From Brevinematia bacterium (GTDB taxonomy: Bacteria; Spirochaetota; Brevinematia; DTOW01): a stretch of DNA of 64,000 bases. The stretch spans positions 609 through 64,608 of the forward strand of contig JBMFQU010000001.1 of NCBI GenBank assembly GCA_049968435.1, in the 5' to 3' direction. This document shows, one piece after another, positions 18,619 through 30,100 of the stretch. Position 1 is the first letter of the stretch. Every line of letters starts with the position of its first letter. The position numbers and the translations under genes are program-made. Under the pieces are notes generated by a model. It was not told where the DNA came from, ran no database searches, and was given only the letters and a program-made list of their open reading frames with translations.

Positions 18619-19676
18619 AACTTTTAGTAACAGGATGTGCAGGATTTATAGGTACAAACTTTGTATATTTCTATTTAAGAAAGTACAAAGATAGCTTCAT
18701 AGTGGGACTTGATAAACTAACATATGCAGGAAACTTAGAAAATTTATCAAAACTCTCAGAAGAGGAGAAAAAGAGATTTGTATTTATAAAAGGAGATATC
18801 AATAACTCTGAATTAGTTAATCACATCTTCAATCAATACGATATAGACATTGTTGTAAATTTTGCAGCAGAATCACATGTAGATAGATCTATATTTGATC
18901 CACATGTGTTTATACAAACCAATGTTTTAGGAGTACAAAACCTATTAAGTGTTGCAATGAACTATTGGAGGAGAGGAGACAGGTGGAAAGAAGGTAAACG
19001 ATTCATACAAGTATCAACTGACGAAGTTTATGGATCACTCGGTTCAGAAGGGTACTTTACAGAAAACACACCTCTTGACCCTCATAGTCCATACTCTGCA
19101 AGCAAAGCCGGAGGGGATTTGATAGCAAAAAGCTACTATGATACATTCAAAATGCCAATAATTATAACAAGATGTTCAAATAACTATGGACCTTACCAAT
19201 TCCCCGAAAAACTAATTCCACTTATGATATGGAACGCAATAAACCATAAAGAATTACCGGTATATGGTGATGGTAAAAATATAAGAGATTGGCTATACGT
19301 TGAAGATCATTGTAGAGCCATAGACCTAGTTATAGAAAAAGGTAGACTTGGAGAAGTATATAACATTGGTGGACACAATGAAAGGGAAAACATATATGTT
19401 ATTAAAAAAATAATAGAGATCTTAATTAAGAAAACAGGTGATGCGAAAATAAATGAAAGCTTAATAAAATTCGTTAAAGATAGACCTGGACACGACAGAA
19501 GGTACGCAATGGATCCAACCAAAATAATGACAGAATTAGGATGGAAACATTCTCTTCAATTCGAAGAAGGACTTGAGCTAACAATAGATTGGTACCTAAA
19601 TAACATAGATTGGGTAAAAAGTGTCATTTCAGGTGAATATATGAAATTTTACGAAAAAAATTACTCAAACAGATGA
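18615..19676 (+). CDS. rfbB: dTDP-glucose 4,6-dehydratase. The start is taken at MKLLVTG.
   Basis: 'LVTGCAGFIGTNF', 'YSASKAGGD' and the 'DxxD..E' catalytic pattern. Confidence 0.85.
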   Translation: MKLLVTGCAGFIGTNFVYFYLRKYKDSFIVGLDKLTYAGNLENLSKLSEEEKKRFVFIKGDINNSELVNHIFNQYDIDIVVNFAAESHVDRSIFDPHVFIQTNVLGVQNLLSVAMNYWRRGDRWKEGKRFIQVSTDEVYGSLGSEGYFTENTPLDPHSPYSASKAGGDLIAKSYYDTFKMPIIITRCSNNYGPYQFPEKLIPLMIWNAINHKELPVYGDGKNIRDWLYVEDHCRAIDLVIEKGRLGEVYNIGGHNERENIYVIKKIIEILIKKTGDAKINESLIKFVKDRPGHDRRYAMDPTKIMTELGWKHSLQFEEGLELTIDWYLNNIDWVKSVISGEYMKFYEKNYSNR

Positions 19677-19679
19677 AAA

Positions 19680-22600
19680 CTAACTTGATACAACATCCTG
19701 TAATCTATAAGAAACAACCTTCGAAACTCCTTTCTCTTCCATAGTAACACCGTATATATCATGGCACATTTCTATTGTTGACTTATTGTGAGATATTATT
19801 ATAAACTGTGTTTTATCCTGAAAAGCGAGAAGTAATCTTTTAAATCTCTCTGTATTTTCATCATCAAGAGGAGCATCTACTTCATCCATAATAACCACAG
19901 GAGTATTGTTTATTATAAGAGAAGAAAATATAAATATTATACCAACTAAAGCTTTCTCACCTCCAGACAATAACATAAGATTTCTAACCTTCTTACCAGG
20001 AATATTAACAATAAGCTCTATACCACCTTCAACTAGATCATTATTGACTATCTCAACTTTAACTCCACCTCCACCAAATATCTCTTTAAACACATCTGTA
20101 ATTATCCTACTTATGTCATTAATAGAGGATTCTATAATATTCTCTATCTCCTTATTTATCTCTCCTATCATATTTTCTAATTTTTGCTTACTCTGCAAAA
20201 TGTCATCAAGATTATTCTTCAATTTCTCATACTCCTCACCTACCTTTAAAAACTCATCTTCAGCACCTTCATCAATAAACCCAAGTTTTTTTATCTCATT
20301 TTTAATTTCATTAATTTTTTTACCAACCAAACCTAAATCTGTATATTCATTACTAAAACCTGTAAGATCTTCATAAGTTATACCATACTTCTCTTTTAAT
20401 TGACTTTCTAAATCTAAAATACTATTTTCCAAAGTAATTATCTTCTCCTCCAACTTAAACGATTCCTTCTCAAAAGTACCCACTTCATTTGTAAGAGATT
20501 CTCTTTCACTAAGTAGTTTTCTATAATTATCATTTAAAACTTTTACATTGTAAGACAACTCAGAAACAACTTTTAAAACCTGATCCCTATCCCTATAAAG
20601 ACTATCAAGATCATCTTTAAGTAATTTTAGCTTCTCTTCATAAGTAGATATGTTTTTTTTCTCGGACTCAATTTCTTCTTTCTTCCTTAGAGAATAAGCA
20701 TCAATATTAGAAATTTCTTCATCGATCTTCAAAATTCTAAAATGAGAGTACTCTTTATTTGAAGACATAACTGTAAAAGAAGTGTTTAAATCAACAAGCT
20801 TTGACCTTTTTAAAGATATATTTGAATCAATTTCTGATATTTCTTTATCAATCTCTTCTATCTTTTTATCTTTCTTTAAAGAATCAAGAAAATTTAAAGC
20901 AGAATTTACATCACTAACATTAATATTAAAATGCTCTCGAACTTTTGAAAAAATTCTCTCTAAAGATAGTTCAAGATTTTTATATTTAGAATCTAAATCT
21001 TTAATTTCACTATCTATTCTTGACAAAAGATTATCTTTCAACTTTATCTGTTTAAGTATTTCATCTACTTTCTGTTCATAATAAAATAAATCTTTCTCCT
21101 TACTGGCTATCAAACTTTCTAAATCTTTCATGGAATCCTTTATCTTCAAGAAATTTTCCTTTTTAGCGTTTAAAACACTATACATCTCCTCGATTTGGTT
21201 TCTAAATCTAACAATTTTTTCATCAAGTTCCATTTTTCTAGTTATAAAATCAGTAGCCGCAGATAAAAAAGGTAAAGACTTCAAATCGTTATAAACATCA
21301 GAAACCAAAGTTTTTATCTCATTTATACTCTCAAAAACAAATGAAAAATTATCATTAGAAATGATAGAATCACATATTTTTAGAATTCTCTCTGAGGCAA
21401 TACCTACCTTACTCACAAACTCTCCAACCTTAATCGCACTATCACTTATCTCTTTTGAAAATTCACTAAATATCTTTTCTGATTCCTTCGTAAGGTTATT
21501 GACTATTTTCTGCAATTCAACAATTGACATTTCTAATTGCTTTATTGAAGAAGATTCTTCTTCCAATTCTAAAAGTTTCTTGCTCTTCTCATCTTTTATC
21601 AAGTTTAGAGAAGAAACTATTTCAATCTTTCTTTTATCATTTTCTTCAATTTCAAGTCTAAATCTTTCAATTTCTCTAAAAAGCTGAACTCTACTTTCTT
21701 CTAGTTCTCTTTTCTTAACTTCTATAAACTCCATCTCCCTTTTTATATCGTTCAACTTATTTATTAACTCATTTACTACATTCAATTTTAATAATAAATC
21801 TCGCTTTTTGTTTTCTAGTTCTCTTTTCACACCTTCAAGAGATTTTAACTCAGAGTCTAGCTCCGAGATTTGAGATGAAATAATTGAAAAATCTTCTTCC
21901 AATTCTCTCAAATTCTTATAAAGGTTTTCTTTTTCTCTAAAAAGATCTTCCTTTCGCTTAACTTCTTTATCCAGCGAAGAGCAAAATATCTCAATTGTTC
22001 TCTTTGAGATGCTAATTTTCGACTCAAAATCTTTCTTTTCAATCTCCTTAGACTTTATTAAACGTTCAAGTTCATTAAGTCCATCTCTCTTCTTTGAAAG
22101 TAAGTTATTATTTGATTGTAACTCTAGATCAGCCTCCTTCATATAAGAAGAGAGCTCATTTATTTTCGAGTTTATTTCTTGGATTCTATTATTAAGACTT
22201 TCTTTCTCTCTTTTTAGATAATCAACCTCTTTTTTTAAGCTTTCTAATTTAAGTTTAAAAAAAACCTTCTCAAAGAATTCCAATTTTTCAGTAAGTTCTC
22301 TATAACTCTTCAGCTTTTGTACCTGATCCTTAAGTCTAAGGTAATCTTTCTCAATAGACTCCAACCTAACCGAAATAGTACTTATGGTATAATTTATATC
22401 TTGTAATCTTTTTTCTGCTTCTTTCTTTTTAAACTTTACCTTTGTTATCCCTAGAAGTTCATCAACATAAACTCTCTTCTCAAGTGGACTACCTATAACA
22501 AGTTTATCTACTTCACCTTGACCAACGATAGAGTAACCATCTTTACCAAAGCCAGTTCCCAAGAAAAGATTAACTATATCCTTAACTCTAGCTTCTTGCT

Positions 22601-22952
22601 TGTTAAGTAATATTTTACCTTCGCCAGATCTATAATACCTCTTTGTTATTTCAACTTCATCAACAGGAATTTGCAATATTCTTTTAGAATTATCAAACAA
22701 CAAAGAAACCTCAGCAACGCTTATGGAAGGACGATATTGAGAACCTGAAAAAAGTATATCCTCAAAAGTATCTCCTCTAAGAACTTTAGCACTATTTTCA
22801 CCTAAAACCCATCTTATAGCATCAACTATATTACTCTTACCAGATCCATTAGGCCCAACTATAGCCGTAATGGGAGAATTAAATTCAATTTTTGATCTAT
22901 CAGCAAAAGACTTAAATCCAAAAAGTTCTATCTTGCGAAGAAAAACCGACAT
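19680..22952 (-). CDS. smc: Chromosome segregation protein SMC
   Basis: Walker A 'GPNGSGKSN', a long coiled coil, the hinge, and a C-terminal 'LSGGEKAL..MDEVDAPLD' signature. Confidence 0.9.
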   Translation of the reverse strand: MSVFLRKIELFGFKSFADRSKIEFNSPITAIVGPNGSGKSNIVDAIRWVLGENSAKVLRGDTFEDILFSGSQYRPSISVAEVSLLFDNSKRILQIPVDEVEITKRYYRSGEGKILLNKQEARVKDIVNLFLGTGFGKDGYSIVGQGEVDKLVIGSPLEKRVYVDELLGITKVKFKKKEAEKRLQDINYTISTISVRLESIEKDYLRLKDQVQKLKSYRELTEKLEFFEKVFFKLKLESLKKEVDYLKREKESLNNRIQEINSKINELSSYMKEADLELQSNNNLLSKKRDGLNELERLIKSKEIEKKDFESKISISKRTIEIFCSSLDKEVKRKEDLFREKENLYKNLRELEEDFSIISSQISELDSELKSLEGVKRELENKKRDLLLKLNVVNELINKLNDIKREMEFIEVKKRELEESRVQLFREIERFRLEIEENDKRKIEIVSSLNLIKDEKSKKLLELEEESSSIKQLEMSIVELQKIVNNLTKESEKIFSEFSKEISDSAIKVGEFVSKVGIASERILKICDSIISNDNFSFVFESINEIKTLVSDVYNDLKSLPFLSAATDFITRKMELDEKIVRFRNQIEEMYSVLNAKKENFLKIKDSMKDLESLIASKEKDLFYYEQKVDEILKQIKLKDNLLSRIDSEIKDLDSKYKNLELSLERIFSKVREHFNINVSDVNSALNFLDSLKKDKKIEEIDKEISEIDSNISLKRSKLVDLNTSFTVMSSNKEYSHFRILKIDEEISNIDAYSLRKKEEIESEKKNISTYEEKLKLLKDDLDSLYRDRDQVLKVVSELSYNVKVLNDNYRKLLSERESLTNEVGTFEKESFKLEEKIITLENSILDLESQLKEKYGITYEDLTGFSNEYTDLGLVGKKINEIKNEIKKLGFIDEGAEDEFLKVGEEYEKLKNNLDDILQSKQKLENMIGEINKEIENIIESSINDISRIITDVFKEIFGGGGVKVEIVNNDLVEGGIELIVNIPGKKVRNLMLLSGGEKALVGIIFIFSSLIINNTPVVIMDEVDAPLDDENTERFKRLLLAFQDKTQFIIISHNKSTIEMCHDIYGVTMEEKGVSKVVSYRLQDVVSS

Positions 22953-23279
22953 TACCCCTCCCAGAAACCAAACTAATTTTAAACCAACTCCTTTAGAAAC
23001 ATAAAGTTAAAAGACTAACCTACTTCTTTAGCAAAACTTCTTTTTACCTTTCTCTAACTCTAAAAGAAATTATTTTCTTTCCATAATGTTTAACCTAAAC
23101 CTACAAGAAAACTTGCCCAACATATAAACTTCATTTTGTTGATAAATTTATCTAGATGCACAAAGACAAGGATTTTACTTTTAGTAGAGGCTAAATCTCC
23201 TATTCACTATTTTTAAAGTTCAACAAAGCAAAAGCAATATAAGCCTAATTGATAAAATTGTAATTCGAGTGCAAAATAT

Positions 23280-24218
23280 TTATTCAACTCCACAAAGTTT
23301 TCTATACTTTTCAAAGTTAGCTATTACATCTTGCCTAAATTTTTCAAGCAATTCAGGATTTTTCAATATACCAGCAAATCTCTTTTGTTTTGATAAAAAC
23401 TCCTCTATTGGCTTTAATTGTTTTGGATTTGATGGACTCCATTTATACTTGCCGTTTTCATATTCAACAAGAGGCCAATAACCAGTTTCAACTGCAGCTT
23501 TGGACAGTGAAACAGCATCTCCAGTTGGCATACTCCACCCAGGGATACATGGAGTTATTGAAAGTAAAAAAGTTGGACCTTCAATAGATAAAGCCTTTTG
23601 TACTTTACTAATAAGATCGTTCCAGTGGTAAATACTGATAGTAGCAGCGTAAGGAATATTGTGTGCTACAGCTATTGCAAATAAATCTTTTCTAGGTTGA
23701 GTTTTACCTGGTATTACTTTACCAAAAGGTGCAGTTGTAGTATTTGCAAAAAGTGGAGTAGCGCTACTTCTTTGATATCCTGTATTCATGTATGCTTCAT
23801 TATCGTAAGCAATGTAAAGTATATTATGTCCCCTTTCTAAAGCACCTGATAGACTCTGAAGTCCTATATCGTAGCTACCACCATCTCCACCTATAGCAAC
23901 AAATTTAACTTTTCTATTGTGATATATTTTGCCCTTTTCCTTTAAAGCATAATAAGCCCTTTCAACACCTGAAATAGTAGCAGCTGCATTCTCAAAAGCG
24001 TTATGTATCCAAGGGTATTTCCAAGAACTTTCTGGATAAACACTAGTTGTAACCTCTAGGCATCCTGTTGAATTCGAAATAACTAAATCTATATCAAGGA
24101 GTTGGGCTGACATTATTAGTTCTCTAACAAATATTGCAACTCCACAACCTGCACACATTCTATGCCCTTTAGCAAAATTCAAATTCATGCCAGCAATTTG
24201 CTTTAGATTAACAGCCAT
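23280..24218 (-). CDS. porB: Pyruvate/2-oxoacid:ferredoxin oxidoreductase beta subunit (TPP-binding)
   Basis: 'GDGG' TPP motif and the CxxC..C cluster. Last gene of the porGDAB order. Confidence 0.8.
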   Translation of the reverse strand: MAVNLKQIAGMNLNFAKGHRMCAGCGVAIFVRELIMSAQLLDIDLVISNSTGCLEVTTSVYPESSWKYPWIHNAFENAAATISGVERAYYALKEKGKIYHNRKVKFVAIGGDGGSYDIGLQSLSGALERGHNILYIAYDNEAYMNTGYQRSSATPLFANTTTAPFGKVIPGKTQPRKDLFAIAVAHNIPYAATISIYHWNDLISKVQKALSIEGPTFLLSITPCIPGWSMPTGDAVSLSKAAVETGYWPLVEYENGKYKWSPSNPKQLKPIEEFLSKQKRFAGILKNPELLEKFRQDVIANFEKYRKLCGVE

Positions 24219-24227
24219 AAAAACCTC

Positions 24228-25433
24228 CTACTTTTTAACAAACTCTGGGTTCAACCCAACATAAGCAATCTGACCAGCTATGCCTTCTTTTAGAGAGTAC
24301 TTAGCATGCTTATAAACTTCTTCGATATCTTTATCTGTAATATCCCTACCACCTAGCCCATAAACATAATCATTAACTAACATCTCTTTTTGGGCAGCAA
24401 ACAAGCCTGATGTTATATCTTGATACAGAGGAGAACCAGTTGTACCGAAAGACAATGCTCTATCCATAACTATCAAGAACTTAGCTGAAGGTATAGTATT
24501 TATTAATTTTTCAACAACAAAAGGTCTAAAAACTCTAACATTAACAGCTCCAACCTTTTCTCCCTTATTCCTAAGCTTATTTACAACATATCTTATAGTA
24601 CCAGAAGTAGAATTCATTGAAACAAAGACTATTTCTGCATCATCAGTCATATATCCTTCAAAGAAATCAAACTTTACTCCAGTTTTGTCATAGAAATCTT
24701 TAAATACTTCTTCTATAACAGGAATAGAATTTTCCATAGCTTTTTGAACACTCACTCTAAACTCAAAGTAATGAGTCGGCATAGCCCACTCGCCCACAGA
24801 AATAGGATTTTGAAAGTCAAGTAAAGAGTAAGGGAATTTATTTGGACCAACATAGTTTTTAACAAATTCATCATCAAATACATTAACTGCTTCAACACAA
24901 TGGCTTGTAATAAACCCATCTTGATTTACAGCAACTGGCAAAAACACCCTAGGATCTTCTGCAATCTTGAAAGCGAGAATATTATTATAGTAAACATCTT
25001 GAGGATTCTCCGAAAATAGCATAATCCAACCAAGATCTCTAATTGCCATAGCATCTGAATGATCACAATGTATATTTAAAGGACCAGAAATAGCCCTATT
25101 TACAATATTCATAACTATTGGTAATCTTAGCGAAGATGCAATAGCTACAATCTCCCACATAAGCGCAAGCCCCTGAGAAGAAGTAGCAGTAGTCGCTCTT
25201 GCACCTGCCGAAGCAGCACCTACAACAGCACTCATAGCACTATGTTCTGATTCAACCTGAATCATTTCAGTTTTAACAATTCCATCAGCAACAAACTGAG
25301 CATACTCTTGAACAATAGGTGTCTGAGGAGTAATAGGATAAGCAGCAATAACATCAATATCAACTTGCCTCATCGCCTCAGCAGCAGCTTGAGCACCAGT
25401 TAGAGATTTCCTTACTTTATCAATCACTAACAT
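24228..25433 (-). CDS. porA: Pyruvate:ferredoxin oxidoreductase alpha subunit
   Basis: POR alpha-domain conservation; 401 aa. Confidence 0.8.
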   Translation of the reverse strand: MLVIDKVRKSLTGAQAAAEAMRQVDIDVIAAYPITPQTPIVQEYAQFVADGIVKTEMIQVESEHSAMSAVVGAASAGARATTATSSQGLALMWEIVAIASSLRLPIVMNIVNRAISGPLNIHCDHSDAMAIRDLGWIMLFSENPQDVYYNNILAFKIAEDPRVFLPVAVNQDGFITSHCVEAVNVFDDEFVKNYVGPNKFPYSLLDFQNPISVGEWAMPTHYFEFRVSVQKAMENSIPVIEEVFKDFYDKTGVKFDFFEGYMTDDAEIVFVSMNSTSGTIRYVVNKLRNKGEKVGAVNVRVFRPFVVEKLINTIPSAKFLIVMDRALSFGTTGSPLYQDITSGLFAAQKEMLVNDYVYGLGGRDITDKDIEEVYKHAKYSLKEGIAGQIAYVGLNPEFVKK

Positions 25434-25444
25434 AAAAACCTCCC

Positions 25445-25732
25445 TTACTTTTCAGCAACCATATCAATTGCATTCCTAGGACAAACACTTGCACACACAG
25501 AACAACCTTTACAATAATCATAATCAAATCCTAACATTTTACCATCTTTTACCAGAATACTATCATCAGGACAATATATCCAACAAATCATACAATCAAC
25601 ACACTTTTCTTTATTTAAAACTGGCTTAAATGTCCTCCATCCACCAGTTTTGTTTTCAACAGAAGTCCCACCTTTAGTATGAGCACCTACATTTAAGTTA
25701 ATAAATTTAACTTCTTTATCTAATACTAACAT
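25445..25732 (-). CDS. porD: Pyruvate:ferredoxin oxidoreductase delta subunit (2x[4Fe-4S] ferredoxin)
   Basis: Two CxxCxxCxxxCP motifs. Confidence 0.75.
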   Translation of the reverse strand: MLVLDKEVKFINLNVGAHTKGGTSVENKTGGWRTFKPVLNKEKCVDCMICWIYCPDDSILVKDGKMLGFDYDYCKGCSVCASVCPRNAIDMVAEK

Positions 25733-25734
25733 AC

Positions 25735-26334
25735 TTATCCTCCTATAATTTCATTAATGCCTCTTTCAAAAGCAAGTATATTTTTATTAACCCCTTCCTC
25801 TCCGAGCTTTTTCATAAACTTCTTCCTAATAACTTCCTTAACTTTTTCTGGATTAATAAAACCAGTGAGTTTTACAATAACCCCAAGAAGAGGCATATTG
25901 GCAAAATTCTTACCAAAAAGATCTATAGCTATCCCCGTAGCGTCTAAGGTATATACCTTAATATTAGAAGGGATATTATACCTTTTTCTAACTTCTTCAG
26001 GCTTTAAAGGTGTATTAACAACAACAATACCATCATCCTTTATCCCTTCAAGGACACTCTCAGCATTAAACAAACTTTCATCCATCACAACAACAATATC
26101 AGGATTATCAATCTGATAATGCACATCAATTTTATCCTTAGATATTCTACTATAAGCTTTCATAGGAGCACCCGTTCTTTCAGCACCAAACTCTGGAAAA
26201 GATTGAGCATACATACCAACATCAATAGCAGATTCAGCAATCAACTGAGCAGCAGTTTTAGCACCTTGCCCAGCCCTCCCATGTATCCTTATATCGTAAA
26301 ACTCCTTTACCGATACCTCCATGACACCCTCCAT
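25735..26334 (-). CDS. porG: Pyruvate:ferredoxin oxidoreductase gamma subunit
   Basis: 'GRAGQGAKTAAQL' gamma-domain motif. Confidence 0.75.
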   Translation of the reverse strand: MEGVMEVSVKEFYDIRIHGRAGQGAKTAAQLIAESAIDVGMYAQSFPEFGAERTGAPMKAYSRISKDKIDVHYQIDNPDIVVVMDESLFNAESVLEGIKDDGIVVVNTPLKPEEVRKRYNIPSNIKVYTLDATGIAIDLFGKNFANMPLLGVIVKLTGFINPEKVKEVIRKKFMKKLGEEGVNKNILAFERGINEIIGG

Positions 26335-26506
26335 ATCACATTCTTTGACTACTTTAAATTGTTTTAGTTATTTTAATTAAAATACAAATTTAGTATATGT
26401 AAAATCAATAAATACTATAAAATTAATAGGAATATTGATTATTGAAAGAAAATTAACTAATTTATAAAATATAGTAACCAAAATAGAATTTCATATATCA
26501 TTATAT

Positions 26507-26935
26507 ATGATTATGGAAAAAACAAAAATTTTCACAATAATTTATTTAAATTTAATCTTAATTATACTACTAACAAGCATATCATTTGCCGAAACAAATC
26601 GTAATATACTTCCTAGCACTAGAGATCTACAGGAAATACTAGCAAAAGTAAACCTTTCAAAAGAACAAAAAATCAAAATAGCTAAAATATTAAAAGAAAC
26701 CAAAAACAGATTAACAGAAATACAAGATCAAATAGAAAAGATGAGAAAGCAAAGCTTAGAAATAATAAAGCAATATCCCTTGAATAAAAACGCTGCTATT
26801 GAGAGTCAAGAGCAAATAGCTGAATTACTAAAAAGAATACACATGATAAGATCTAAAACGTTTTTTGAGATTATTGCTTTACTAGATGAAGAACAATATA
26901 AAACTTTTGTAGAATTAACCTTCCCAGAAAAATGA
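26507..26935 (+). CDS. Periplasmic Spy/CpxP-like (LTxxQ-type) small protein
   Basis: Signal peptide followed by an all-helical, K/E-rich 110-aa region. Sits directly upstream of the RND pump. Confidence 0.4.
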   Translation: MIMEKTKIFTIIYLNLILIILLTSISFAETNRNILPSTRDLQEILAKVNLSKEQKIKIAKILKETKNRLTEIQDQIEKMRKQSLEIIKQYPLNKNAAIESQEQIAELLKRIHMIRSKTFFEIIALLDEEQYKTFVELTFPEK

Positions 26936-27095
26936 ACCAAAGTTTAAATTTTCTATAACCTTGATATAAATAGTTTTTGATTTTAAAATAGGGGTATAAT
27001 CTTTATTTTAATACTTATTTGTAAGTATTCTTAACTCTAAGTTTTTAATTTATGATTATAACGATTAGATTTCCAAACATTCTTAATAAAAAAAT

Positions 27096-27124
27096 TTGAC
27101 AATAAAAAGAATAATAATTATTAT
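27096..27124 (+). promoter_or_regulatory. Sigma70-like promoter: TTGACA, a 17-nt spacer, then TATTAT, for the RND pump gene.
   Basis: Hexamers read directly from the sequence, about 30 nt upstream of the ATG. Confidence 0.4.
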
Positions 27125-27127
27125 TAT

Positions 27128-27141
27128 ACTGACCAGTCAGT
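27128..27141 (+). promoter_or_regulatory. Perfect palindrome 'actgac-ca-gtcagt' between the -10 hexamer and the SD of the RND gene. Candidate operator.
   Basis: 6-bp arms with a 2-bp spacer, seen in the sequence. Confidence 0.3.
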
Positions 27142-27153
27142 AGGAGAAAATAT

Positions 27154-30100
27154 ATGTGGGGATTATTGAAAGGATTGTTAAACAATATACCAGCGGTAAT
27201 AATGATACTAGCTGCAATAATAGTATTAGGTATAGTTGCAGGCATGAAATTACCAGTTGATTTATTTCCTAATATTGAGTTTCCTGTAGTAGCTATAAGA
27301 ATAGACTATCCTGGAGCATCACCTGAAACTGTTGAACAGAATATTGCAAGGATACTGGAAGGTCAATTTTTAACAGTAAATGGTGTAAAAAATGTAATAT
27401 CAAGATGTTTTGAAGGATTTCTATTTATAACAGTTGAATTTGAGTATGGAGTTAATTTAGATCAAGCAGCTAATGATATAAGAGAAAAGATAGATTTTGT
27501 TTCTAAATTATTACCCAGTGATGCAAGTAAACCTCAAATATTCAAATTCGATCCAAGTATACTACCAATAATGAATATATCAATAAGTGGTATAGATGAC
27601 TTATCTGCACTAAGGGAGATAGCACAAGATACTATATCTAAGAGGCTATCTCAAATAGAGGGAGTAGCAAATGTAACTGTAAATGGCGGATATGATAAAA
27701 AAGTTTTTGTAGAGTTAGACACCAAGAAATTAAATTCATTTGGAATATCTCCATCTGATGTTGTTAGTGCAATATCAAGAGAAAATCAAAATATACCATC
27801 TGGACAAATAATAAGTGGATATAAAAAAATCAGTATAAGATTCTCAAGTGAATACAAGAATACTGAAGAAATAAAGGATGTGTTAGTAGGTAATCGAAAG
27901 GGATACCCTGTAAAAGTTAGGGACGTTGCAAACGTTGAATTTAAACCAGATACAGAAAATGCAACAATAGTAAAAGTTAATGGACAACCGGGTATTGTGC
28001 TGTCAATAAACAAAAAATCAGGAAGTAGCACTGTTGATGTATCTGAAAAGGTGAGAAAAAAAATTGAAGAATTAAAAAAAGATTATCCCAACCTAAACTT
28101 TACAATAATTACTGACCAAGGAGATTTTATTGTAAAATCATTAAACAATGTTAAAGATAATGCTATTAATGGAGCATTGTTAGCTGTAATTGTAGTATTT
28201 CTCTTCTTAGTAAGCATAAAAGAAACAATACTAATAGGTTTAGCAATTCCTATTTCAATCGTTATAACACTTGTATTAATGTACTTCTTAGGAATATCTT
28301 TGAATGTAATATCTCTTGCAGGATTAGCATTAGGCGTAGGAATGATGGTTGACAACTCAATAGTAGTAATTGAAAGTATCTATCTTAAAACCAAGCAAGG
28401 TAAGAATCCAATAGAGGCAGCCTTTGAAGGAACAAAAGAAGTTGGTGTTGCAATCTTAGGATCTACCTTAACAACTATATTCGTATTTGCACCCCTAGTA
28501 TTTACTCAAGGTTTAGCATCACAGATCTTTAAAGACCTAGCAGCAACAGTTAGTATATCAATATTTTCATCTCTACTTGTAGCAATATTCATAGTTCCAC
28601 CATTAGAATCAAGGTATTGGAGTTTTGTTGATAAATTTGATCAATTTATTCAAAGAAACAAACTTTTATTCTTTTTCTCAGAATTAATTCTAAAAATAAG
28701 AGATACAATTTATGAAAGTCTACTAAAAAGTATCTTAGGACTAAAGAAAACGATGCTTGTATTTACTATAATTTTTCTAGCATTAGGTATATTATCATTT
28801 ATCTACATAGGAAAAGAACTATTACCAATAGTAGATAGTGGAGACATAAATGTCACAATAACTTTCCCTCCAGGAACCTATAAAGACATAACTTCAAAAT
28901 ACGCTGAAGAAGTAGACAAATACCTAGAAACTAACGAAAATGTAAAGTATTTTTACTATGTTATAAACACAAGTAGTAGTGGCTTAAGATTCTTAGTTAG
29001 ATCTAGTGGTGAAAATACAATAAATATAACAGTAAAGTTAAAAGATATAAGAGAAAGAAACATTTCTTCTGAAGAATTTAGCGTAGAACTAAGAAAATTC
29101 CTAACTAGAATACCTGGAAAAAGTAAAGTAGATGCATCAAGTGGGGTAATAAGAATACCAGGAGGTGGAGCAGGTGGAGCAAATGCAGATATGAAATTAA
29201 TAGGAGATGATATAGAAGAATTAAAAAGAATATCCTCTAAGATAGAGGAAATAGGAAGGGAAATAAGCGGTATACAAGAAATAAATTCATCCTTAGACGA
29301 TCCTATACAAGAATACATAATATATCCTGATAAAAACAAACTATCTTACTATGGAATATCAAGCTTACAATTAGGTAATTCAATAAAGACTGGATTCTTA
29401 GGTACAACAGCATCTTTCTTTAGATTAAAAGGGAAACAATACGAAATTTTTGTACAATTGAAAAACGATGATAGAAAATACTTAGAAGATATACTATACA
29501 AATACATACCAACACCTCTGGGACTTGTACCAATAATAGATTTGGTAAAAATAAGCAATGGTTATTCTCCGCAAATGATAATGAGAGAAAATAACAGTAG
29601 AACAGTGTCTTTATCATTAGTTGGATACAACATAGCACAAACAAAATTAGTTGAATTGATAGATAAAGAAGTAAAGAAAAATGTCTACATTCCACCTAAC
29701 ATTACCATTTCATACGGTGGAAGTTTCGAAGAACTACAAAATACATTTAGAGATCTAATTTTAGTTTTCATACTTTCATTAGTACTCGTATATTCAACAA
29801 TGGTGGTATTATTTAAATCCTTTAAAGATCCATTCATAATAATATTCACAGTACCTTATGGAGTTTTCTCAGTACTCATAATTTTTCTATTATTAGGGCT
29901 AAAAATAAATATCATCTCTGCTATAGGATTAATAATAATTCTTGGAATAGTCGTAAATAATGGTATAGTTATGGTCGATTATATGAATCAACTTCTCGAA
30001 AGAGGATACAAACTAAGAGATGCCATTATTGAAGGAGCAAAAAGAAGATTTAGACCAATACTAATGACAAGTTTAACCACAATTATAGGTCTTTTACCTA

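Noticed and set aside
19906-21687. ORFs of 99-156 aa antisense to smc
   Set aside because: They are low-complexity S/I/L-rich translations lying entirely inside a well-supported 1090-aa SMC gene. They are typical AT-rich antisense artefacts.
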